This document shows positions 47,874-58,290 of a stretch of DNA of 64,000 nucleotides, one piece after another; position 1 is the first letter of the stretch, and each line of letters starts with the position of its first letter. Made by a program: the position numbers and the translations under genes. The DNA comes from Squalus acanthias. Its lineage: Eukaryota. The notes beneath the pieces were generated by a model that was not told where the DNA came from, made no database searches, and saw only the letters and a list, made by a program, of their open reading frames with translations. The stretch spans positions 112,842,001 to 112,906,000 of the forward strand of contig CM059432.1 of the NCBI GenBank assembly GCA_030390025.1. The letters run 5' to 3'.

Positions 47874-50800
47874 TTCATATCACTAGTTAACTTTTATCAA
47901 CATTAATGTACTTGTGTTTTGATACCATTCAGTACTGTCGGTGCTTCATTAATGTTTTTGAAGATTGTGATTCTGGAATATTTTACTTCAAAATGATTAA
48001 AATATGCCAAAATCTAATTTTCGTTATTACCAGTGTTACAGTTGGCTTATTTCTAGTTAGTACTTAAAAAGGATTTGTATTTAAAGTAATCACTCCAAAA
48101 GCCTTTCTGGAGTAACAGTGACAAATATTAAATACTCCAGAAGGAAAATGGATGAGAGGCCTGTCGTGGTATTGTCTGATCAATGAAGGTACTTCTGCAC
48201 AAATCAGCCTCCATTGTTTTACTTGCTTCGAAAAAATTGCTTTGGAACATGTCCAACGAAGCCTTTTTGAAAAGGCCTGATTGAGTTAATCAAGAAGTAC
48301 AGTGCAGGAATTGGCTCTAGATATTTTCATTGTGTAGCTAGCATAGTGAAACAGCCAATTGTCTCCATGTTGTTCCGCAGAGACACAGGGAAGGTGTGGA
48401 AATGATACAATTAGGGTAAGCGCTTAGAAAGCCTAAGCTGTTATCATAGGGATGGTGTCAGCTCGATATAATGAAAACTGGGAATGGAACTGTGATTTTA
48501 TAATAAATATATTTTTGAAGTGTTCTAAAGGACCATCTTCACAGAAAGGGTTTTATATGAAAAATGAGGATCATTTTTTAAATTCTCAGAAATCAATATG
48601 AAAATCAAGATGATGTTGCATTTTCACTACCATCTGCAGTTAGCTTTTGTGTTTCTAAAAGAGAAATTCTGGCTTGGAAAGTAAAAACTCCTGATGATGT
48701 ACGGCCTTTAATGTGTGAACACTGTAATAATCACAAAGAAATTGAGAACTGTTGCACTAAAATATATTGCCTTTTAATTTAATTGGAAATGATTTCCCAT
48801 ATCAGTTTGATGGGGAGAAATCTCTATCTGATCAAGTGCAAAAGTTATTTGATCATTCTAACCTTGAAACATGACCCATGGCAAAGTGCTACCTAATGGA
48901 AGATAGTTGAGAGGCATGTATTCCACAATAGCATTAGACTTAAATGTGGAAAGAATATCTTTCCATCAGGAAATATGTGCTGTGAGCATACAAGGGAAAC
49001 ACCTGAATTGCTAACATGGCTGATTTTTGACCTAGCCACTAGGGGTCATGTGGTAAGCTGTGCCTGAGTGATAATGCATTACAATTCAGATTGAAGTCAT
49101 GTCATCCCTCTAAGAGGTTGCTGTAGAAACTAGCCCAGTAATTTTGTTCTGTTCAGAGAGGAATTGTAACGTACAGACTCACTTTCAAAAAAGAAAGGGG
49201 CACACTGACCTCGGAGCTGAATTCATCCAAATGTGCAATGATCCTGTTAAGATTCAGATAGGTGAGGAGAGCTGTAGGGAGCTGAATTCCAAAGGTGACA
49301 GTTCTGAAGTGATAGGCAGGTAATGTTAAACGAAAGGGACAAGAGGTACGACATTACATTGAGAGGGTTATGGAGTTGCAAGGGAAAAAACAGAAGCACT
49401 ATTAAGAAGATCAATACCACTTGTTTCAAACCTATCTGTATCACAGATTATTCAGTCGGATCTCATTTGAATACTGAAATGTCTTTGGATGAAGGCTATC
49501 ATCATTTTTCATTGAGAATGCCTTGCAGAAGTTAAAATGGTGAAATAAACTCAAATAGGATTCAACTACAGTAGCTGAATATATATGAATAGCCACTATT
49601 TTGAAAACTAATTTTTAAAAGTCTCAGTAAAGATAAAAATCTTTAAAGGTCTTTATTTACTATTGGTAATGCACAACATAATAAGAAAATGGGACAGATG
49701 GTGGACAGTCCCGACCCATGGTCCAATTCTTAAGTCCTCCATCATATCTTCGATTTTACAAAGGCAATTCACATACAAGTTTTACAGTCAGAACAAATAA
49801 TTAAATGACATTAATCACTAAGAAGACCATTTATGGTTTCTAGTTACGTTTAGCTTCTTGAGTCTTGCTTTGAAAAGAAATAAAGTCCTGAATCTGCTGA
49901 GATGTCCCTTATGGTAAAGGTCCTGCATTTTTTTGGCCTCATATTCAAGCACGCATCACTTTCTTCTGGGAGTTCCTATATCTGATCGTTGAAATCCACT
50001 CATGCACATATATTGCCTTTCAGTCAGTGTAGAGCATTTGTTACATGCGAGTGGCTACTGCCAGCATAAATCTATTTTGCTTGGATTTACGTATAGACTT
50101 TATTACCTGAGTATTTTTCTTTCTGCTCTAAGACTGTCCCATAAGAGACACTGATCCCTTTAAATATTTGAACAAAAGTGTCACATAAAGTTTAAGCCAT
50201 TTTAACAGCACAAGTAACCTCATTTGGTCATTCGGACTTTTTTCTGATCTCTGTTTCAGGCAGGGTCACAACATTAACATTAAGTCACTGATATTCTATT
50301 CCTATCAATTCACTTTAAGTCCTGTAAGATCTATAGAGCCGATTCACCGATTCCTGACCTGCAACAGCTGGCCTGCACTTCCCTGACCAGTGCTTCCTAC
50401 GAGCACCATTCCTCGCAGGAGCCACCACAATCAGGGCAGCAGCCCTTTTATCTCTTATTTTTAAAAAGGTACATCTAATACAAGCAAATCTCACACTTCA
50501 GATATCACTCTTTGTTACAGATGCAAAACAATTTTAAAATGCTGCACTTCTGATCTGCAGCCTCAAACTGAAAAGCACATTTCAATGTGCAAAGTTCCCA
50601 GATGAAACAATTAAACTCTAATTGGCCTGATCCTGAGTTTTCTGAACTAAAATTAAGCTCCAGAGCCTTAAAGGGACACAGCACCACTTTAGCAGAATAA
50701 TTCATATTCATATCAGAATAATGTATTAGATGGTATAACACTCTTGTCCTCATAAAACAACTCATCATTTGAATTAGCATGAGCAACACCATGAGAGATC

Positions 50801-51768
50801 CACTCCTTTGTACAAATAAAAGTACCATTATAAAAACAGCACATCTAGCATGCATTTCCTGTCTGCCATAGTTCGAGGTGGCGTTTCTGGCCTCAGCAAC
50901 GGGGTCGGAGCACCGCAGATGTGCAACCTTCCAATGGCCCACTACATGTAGCCTCTCCCCAACCCTGCAAACTTTTGGAGAGTCAGCAGCGGAGGCCATG
51001 GGTGGGCGCTTCATGACCAATAATGCCAGGATGTGGGCCATTCCATTCCATGGATATTCTAGGCCGACTTATTTATTTACCAGCAGCCATTCAAAAAACA
51101 CTCACTCACAGTGTCTGGGGAGAGCTCTTACAAACTGATTTCCAAATTATTTCACTGGGGATGTATACCCCTCCCCAACTTCCACACATTAGCACAAGCC
51201 CCCCCTTTCAGAAGCAAGCCTCTGATTCAACAGGATCTATGCCACAGGAGGTCTGCTAATGTATTCAAATTTAGCATTCAGCTCCATGCTTCATGTACAC
51301 TTATGAATCTGTGTTTCTTTTTACAACCTTTACAATTGATATTGTTTATCCACAAACTATATATCCAAATGAACCGATTGACTGAACCAGCTGGACCTCA
51401 CAGCATACCCTACATCATAATTATTTCATCATTTATATATATCAGCTTGCATCCAAAATTAATATCACCCAGTGTGGTATGACTTTGGAACTAAGACATA
51501 GTAAGAAATAATTTTGCAAGGCTCCACTCATTAGAAGGGAACATGGGTTGGAGTTAGGGCTAATACACTATAGGGCCATTTCTGCAATCTCATTAACCTG
51601 ACAAAATTGTTTCACGCAGTCACCGAAATTGCTTAATACTCATTTACCTGGACAGGGTACCTTGTGAACTATTGAGACAAATATCTCATTGTACCTATGA
51701 TGCGTCTAATTGAACTTGTGTGTCTATATGTGTCCGTAAACACATTTTGCAGACTATTTGCAACCTTG

Positions 51769-52407
51769 GGGCTGGATTTTGATACTGGGGCGGGTTGGGG
51801 TCGTGTCATCCACTTTTCGTGTTGTCCACCCGACTGCAATTGGATGTGGGAGATTGATGCAATTTTCACCTAATTGGGCAATTGAGTTCCAGCATGTGGG
51901 AACCCATGAACCAATTAGTGTTTTCAGTCTGAAAGTCGCCTTCAGAGACTGCCTGGCCTTTGCTGTGAGAGGACCTGGATGCAAAATGAGCAGCAGCAGC
52001 CTTAAGTCTGCTCCCAGATATTTTTACACCACCACCACTCCCAGATATGTCTCCTCCCCATCCATTCATATATGCATCCATCCACATAGCCAGCCATATA
52101 TGCATTCCCCATAGCCAGCCTGCCTGCTTGCTGTTCAGAACAGGCATGCTTCATGTAGAAAAAGGGTTAAAATCACAAAAGCCTTTCAAAATGGCATTCT
52201 AGAGGCAACTTAGTACTTGTTAAGGGCCTTAACAGCCTATCCCGCCTCTTGGAGTTGGGACCAGCAGACACGATAAGAGGCGGGACGGAGTCGTGACCAG
52301 CAGACACGATTTCATGAAAATTGTGTGGAGGCGGGCTTGTGCCCGCCCGCCAATTTTCGCAATTTTAACCCCCTACACGCCTCCACAGGTCAATGAAAAT
52401 TCTGCCC
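51769..52407. mobile_element. Harbinger-type MITE inserted in L2
   Basis: TIRs GGGCTGGATTTT / AAAATTCTGCCC; TTG TSD at 51766-51768 and 52408-52410. Removing it restores the L2 sequence CAACCTTGGTGTC. Confidence 0.8.
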
Positions 52408-52658
52408 TTGGTGTCCCATTTGACACTCAGCTGATCTTTCTACCCCATATCCTCTCCATCAACAAGACCGCCTACTTCTACCTCTGTAACATCGCCCGTC
52501 TCCGCCCTGCCTCAGCTCATCTGCTGCTGAAACCCTCATCCATGCCTTTGTTACCTCTAGACTCGACTATTCCAGTAATCTCTTGGCCGGCTTCCCATCT
52601 TCCACCCAACATAAACTTCAGCTCACTCAAAAATCTGCTGGCCAAATCCTAACACGCA

Positions 52659-53199
52659 CCATGTCCCGCTCACCCACCACCCCTGTGCGCGCTGACCTAC
52701 AATGGCCCCATGTCCCGCTCACCCACCACCCCTGTGCTCACTGACCTACAATGGCCCCATGTCCCGCTCACCCACCACCCCTGTGCGCACTGACCTACAA
52801 TGGCCCCATGTCCCACTCACCCACCACCCCTGTACGCACTGACCTACAATGGCCCCATGTCCCGCTCACCCACCACCCCTGTGCGCACTGACCTACATTG
52901 GCCCCATGTCCCGCTCACCCACCACCCCTGTACGCACTGACCTACAATGGCCCCATGTCCCGCTCACCCACCACCCCTGTGCGCACTGACCTACAATGGC
53001 CCCATGTCCCGCTCACCCACCACCCCTGTACGCACTGACCTACAATGGCCCCATGTCCCGCTCACCCACCACCCCTGTGCGCACTGACCTACATTGGCCC
53101 CATGTCCCGCTCACCCACCACCCCTGTACGCACTGACCTACAATGGCCCCATGTCCTGCTCACCCACCACCCCTGTGCACATTGACCTACATTGGCCCC
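52659..53199. repeat. 49-bp minisatellite, 11 copies, derived from L2 sequence
   Basis: Unit CCATGTCCCGCTCACCCACCACCCCTGTGCGCACTGACCTACAATGGCC; ATGTCC recurs at 52661, 52710, ... 53151. Confidence 0.96.
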
Positions 53200-54214
53200 A
53201 GGTCCGGCAACGCCTCAATTTTTAAATTCTCATCCTTGTTTTCAAATCCCTCCATGGCCTTGCCCCTCCCTATCTCTGTAACCCCCTCCAGCCCTACAAC
53301 CCCCCGAGATCTGTGCATTCTTCTAATTCTGGTCTTTTGCACATCCCCGATTTTAATCGCTCCACCATTGGTGGGCGTGCCTTCAGCTGCCTAGGCCCTA
53401 AGCTCTGGAATTCCTTCCCTAAACCTCTCCGACTCTCGAACTCTCTTTTCTTCTTTAAGATGCTCCTTAAATCCTACCTCGTCACCTGTCCTAATATTTC
53501 CTTATGTGGCTCTGTGTCAAATTTTATTTGATAACACTGCTGTGAAGCATCTTAGGACATTTTGCTACATTAAATGTGCTATATAAATGCAAGTTGTTGT
53601 TGTAAACACAAAACATATTTTGAGGTTCCAGTTTTCATAAACTACTGAGTTTTTTATGTTGACCTCAGAACTGCTGTGTAAAACGCTGCTTGGTATCCAT
53701 TATCATACATATATTTTAGTAAATGTTCATGAATTCTGCTAGCAGCATAAATTCACTTTTATAGTGGCTGAGTCTCTGCTATGGCTTGTAGTCAAACATG
53801 TAAGGGTGATTTTAACCCTTCTCACTCAGCAGAAACCTGGCGGGTGGGCTGTTAAAATCGTCCTGGCTCTTACCTGTCCGAAAGCCGCCATGATCGCAAC
53901 ATCTGCAATTTTAACCTGCTCTCCTGAGCGGGCAGCAAGGACAAGCGCCCGGAGCCAACAGGGTCCTTCTTCACATAAGCATGTTGCGGCCCGATGACAT
54001 CATTGAGACCTGACTGTAATTATAACTCATGCCTGAGCAGGGAATCCACCTGGGTGTCTGACCTTGCATATTTAGTTGAATCTTTATTCCCCCATCCATT
54101 GTTTTGAGGGTGTTCTGAATCACCAAAACATTCTAATTTGTGCCACTGTAATCTTTGTTTTATATTCTGAATTATTTTTATTTCATAAAATTACAAAAAA
54201 AAGTTATTCACCAC

Positions 54215-54590
54215 CTGGTGCAGTACTGAGACATCTCGGCCAAGAAGATTCCAGGATTGATTCTGTGTGATTGGTCTGTGTGAATTCATTGATCTCAACC
54301 CAGGCTAAAATAGGGGTACTACAGTTGCCTTCTGTATTCCTTGGCTAGTAAGGGAAAAATCAGCCAGGGTTCCTTCTCCTAATGGCAATCTAGTGGCCAC
54401 TGCTGGAAAGTGTGTGAAGGTCAGGTGAGGACAAGATTAGGGTTGGTTGTTACATTCCCACAGTTGAATAACCCGTTGACACTGTCAAGGCACTTACAAG
54501 AATAAGGGTACGTACACCAGAGTAAGGCTGGCTCCCTGGAATTGTACCCCAGCACCTTCAGGAGTGTGGAATAAGGGAAGGAAACTGGGA
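54215..54590 (+). mobile_element. SINE-like repeat
   Basis: Shares GTCTGTG-TGA-T--GATCTC, GGGTTCC and CACCTTCAGGAG blocks with 61130-61500. Confidence 0.5.
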
Positions 54591-55140
54591 AAATAAATTA
54601 TTCTGAATTAATGGAAGAAATAGGCCTAAAACTGATGTACATAAAAATAACTTTACAGTTTATTGGCCAGCTATTACATTTCAGCCATGGCTGCTGATCC
54701 ACTGCTGAGCTGCTCTGCCTGTCAGGGACAATTTTCTGAGTTTGTACTGCCGACCACGAGCTACACCTGTCGGAAGTGCATATGGGGAATTGGAGGCCCA
54801 TTTCCCACGATTTCAATGTATCGAAAATTATGTGCAGCATGCGCACAGCATCCTGATACGCACAGCCAACGGGTGAGGTGTTCTACTGGCAGCACAAATT
54901 CAGAACTTTACCCCAATACAGCTTGCACTTCAAAGATGAGGAAAGGTTTAGACATAAATGTAAATTCCGCACTCTCGGTATACGCCGGGAGCATGCAATC
55001 GTAAAATTGATCCTCTAATATGAAGCAGGAATTCACTTTCTAATACACAAATAAGATAATGAGAAACTCTATAATAATGATGGGAGTCATAGTAAAATGC
55101 AAAGTGGTTTTAAAAAGTTCAGTTTCTTTAAGCAACAGAG

Positions 55141-55177
55141 GGTTCTGACGAAGGGTCATCGACCTGAAACGTTAACT
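55141..55177 (+). ncRNA. Minimal type I hammerhead ribozyme motif
   Basis: GGTT CTGACGA AGGGTC atc GACCT GAAA CGTT AACT. Confidence 0.65.
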
Positions 55178-55277
55178 CTGTTTCTCTCTCCACAGATGCT
55201 GCCTGACCTGCTGAGTATTTCCAGCATTTTCTGTTTTTATTTCAGATTTCCAGCATCCGCAGTATTTTGCTTTTGTA
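55145..55277 (+). mobile_element. 133-bp Penelope pLTR insertion starting at the hammerhead core
   Basis: 8-bp TSD AGAGGGTT at 55137-55144 and 55278-55285; the insert begins CTGACGAAGGGTCATCGACCTGAAACGTTAACTCTG. Confidence 0.85.
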
Positions 55278-56982
55278 AGAGGGTTGATTTATGTTCTCTT
55301 CAGATCAATGATTCCTGGAATTAGTACATTTTCTGTGCAGGATGTGAGGGAAATGCACTCATCTCGTACACTCAACGGGGTGCCACATTCAAAGGGAGTA
55401 GGGATCGTTAATAGGGATATGACACTGGACTCCCAACTGCACATCGTTCAGCATAGCTCCCCACTTGGAGCACAGGATCAGTGAATTTAGACAATAATGT
55501 ATGTTGCACAAGACCCCAGGGGTAGATTTTAACTTTTGTGCGAAACCCACCAGCCATCCGCCAATGATGGGTGTGAAATGGCCGGAGCCATTTTGAGCCC
55601 TGGGTCTCATTTAAATAGAACCAACGAGCTGCCCATCCCAAACGGTGCAGCTCACCAGAATCAGGCCAGTACACTATCAGGCAGCCCACAGGCCGCTCAG
55701 CCTGCAACAAGGTAAGTCTTAGCAGCGGGGTTTGCGATCGCGGAGGCGGGGGGGGCTGAGACAGGCACAAGCCACATAGGAGCATTTAGGAGTGAATTGT
55801 CAACTTCTACACTGCTATCGTAGATGAGAGTAGACACTGAACCATACATGAGCCCTGCAGAACCAGTCCACAAATTCTTGGCTTCTTTGGAGTATATAGT
55901 GTATTTGAAAGGGCTGCCCATCCCAATGTTTCCAAGAGTAAATTGACAAACAGGTGAGTGTGCCCCAGTTAATAGGTCAGTACCATTATATTCCACACAG
56001 CTGAATAAACTAATGACTAGCAGTTTAGGAGCTGTTTTTCCTAAATGTAAATTCTCCTTGTTTATTAAAACATGCAAATTGCCTTCAGTTTACTGTGGCA
56101 ATCCTTTTCAATGATCTGCTTGTCACTTTCAGGTCAATTTCATGAATTCCAAATGAACCACACCATGATCTCTGTACACCTGATTTAGATGTAGGACTTT
56201 CCGTAAATACATTACTGCAGTAATATGCAAATAGCTTTTTAAAGGGGCGTCCTCAACAGCAGCTCATAGATTGCATGCTAGAAAACCCAGATACAATGAT
56301 GGTGACTTCCAATTTTGTGAGGCTCCTCTAGGGATGTGGAAATTGCTGGGGGCACGTGTGGGTTAGGAAATTAAATATGAAGGCCAGCATAAGTCTCATT
56401 TCAATAGTAAAATTATTCAAATCATGTTCTTAAGGCAAGCTCCACCTTCACTGTTCGCCTCGCCCATATAAGAACGGTGCACGACGAACCCATTGGCCTG
56501 GCCTGCAGAGTTAGATTCTTAAAGCTGATGTTTAGCTGAAAACAACATTTATCTTTGAAGAAGCATTGATATTTGGTTGCATTTTGCTCCCTGGATTCAT
56601 TTCTGTTGTTGTATAGGATGCCATTTTGGCAATTTAATTTTTCTTCTTCATTTTTTTCTGCAGTATTGATACTGCTGCTGCTGCAATTGAACTTACAGCA
56701 GCAATCCAAGTATTGAGGGTGGAAACTCCTTTGGAGGTTGCTATAGCACTCCACAATTTAGATGAGAACAATGAGTTCATGAGGGTGCAGCGACACCCTC
56801 CTCCCACCCACCTCATGTAGCAGCATGACCAATTCGACAGCCATCAAACAAGGGTGGTAGTGCATCATAAGATTCCATTTCATGCCTCCACATCAGGTGC
56901 CTTTCACTCAATTTTTAGCCTGGCATTTCTTCCTTCGCTCCACCCCCTCCCCCCAACAACAGCATTGGCAATGACTGATAAG

Positions 56983-57155
56983 CAATGTTCCCTGTGAGCT
57001 GCGCTTTGTTCTGCGCGGCCTGTTTCTTTTAATGCCCGGTCCTTTAAATTTCTGCACATGCGTGGTATTTACAATGGAAAAGCCGACGAACAGCCGGCGC
57101 CGGACCTTTCAGATTGCTGCCGGCCACGTGCACGCGCACCTTAGCGGGAACATTG
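56983..57155. mobile_element. hAT-type MITE, 173 bp
   Basis: TIRs CAATGTTCCC / GGGAACATTG; 8-bp TSD CTGATAAG / TTGATAAG (7 of 8 match). Confidence 0.8.
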
Positions 57156-57594
57156 TTGATAAGTATTTATAATCCACTCTGAAGCTTTATGAAGAGTGAA
57201 ACAATATTTTCCCCCATATGCAGCTACTTTAAATCGGCACATCCTTTTAAATTTGAGCTGTTGGCCAAATTCTCTACACACCTCATTAGGCTAGCTGCAG
57301 TATAAGTCCAAATATATGCTAGGAATTTATGCAGTTATTCAAATGACCTTACCCCACAAAACTGTCATTCTCTGCAGTTGATGTTGAAATGCAAAATTGA
57401 TGTTGTGATGTCTGCTTGCTGTCATTTAATGTAATGGTGGACAGCAAGCCTGGGCACACTTTTGTCAATTGCAGTATTTGTTCAAAGATTTTAAAATACA
57501 TAATTAAGCATTTCTACAGGAAGATCATATTTTAGTCTTCAAAAATAAAGTTGTTGAAAAAATGATGATGGGATCAGGCTGCCTCCATGTTTTT

Positions 57595-57734
57595 AAGGTT
57601 GAATTTTCTGAGGTTAAGCCACTGGGTGGCTTTACCCGCTGGAAGTGCATACTAGAAATTGCAGGCAGTGATTCCCCGATTTCCTAATATGCACTGTCGG
57701 TAGGCGAGCAGTGTGATCTCAGAAAATTAACCCC
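57595..57734. mobile_element. Short palindromic MITE
   Basis: GGTTGAATTTTCTGAG / CTCAGAAAATTAACC inverted ends. Confidence 0.55.
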
Positions 57735-57833
57735 ATCAGTAAGAGCTGAAACTACTCTGAGCTGTTTCAGTAATTAGCACTTTACTATCTTAAAACAGAA
57801 AATATGCCTTTTAAAAGATAAAATAGTCCAAGA

Positions 57834-58290
57834 CAACAACAACTTGTATTTATATAGTGCCTTTAATCTAGTAAAACGTCCCAAGGCGCTTCACAGGAGC
57901 GTTATCAAACAAAATTTGACACCGAGCCACATGAGATATTAGGGAAAAGATCAAAAGCTTGGTCAAAGAGGTAGGTTTTAAGGAGCATGTTAAATGAGGA
58001 GAGAGAGGTAGCGAGGCGGAGAGGTTTAGGGAGGGAATTCCAGAGCTAAGGACCTTGTCAGGTGAAGGCACAGTCACCAATGGTGGAGCGATTATAATCA
58101 GGATGCTCAAGAGGCCAGAATTAGAGGAGCGCAGATATCTCGGGGGGTTGTGGAGCTGGAGGAGATTACAGAGATAGGGAGGGGCGAGGCCATGGAGGGA
58201 TTTGAAAATAAGGATGAGAATTTTAAAATCAAGGCTTTGCTTAACTGGGAGCCAATGTAGGTCATCGAGCAGAGGGGTGATGGGTGAACC
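57834..58290 (-). mobile_element. L2 LINE 3' fragment
   Basis: Reverse complement is colinear with 53160-53602 (ACAACAACAACTTGTATTTATATAG... tail; ILKFSSLFSNPSMA in both ORF tracks). Confidence 0.88.

Larger units (their letters stand above)
51750..53602 (+). mobile_element. L2 LINE 3' part, interrupted by a MITE and carrying an internal minisatellite
   Basis: NLGVPFDTQL.FLPHILSINKTAYFYLCNIARLRP.../SSAAETLIHAFVTSRLDYS, then IGGRAFSCLGPKLWNSFP, and tail GCTATATAAATGCAAGTTGTTGTTGT. Confidence 0.9.

Noticed and set aside
50505..51482. 178-aa and 123-aa ORFs
   Set aside because: No domain-like pattern or splice support; consistent with random ORFs.
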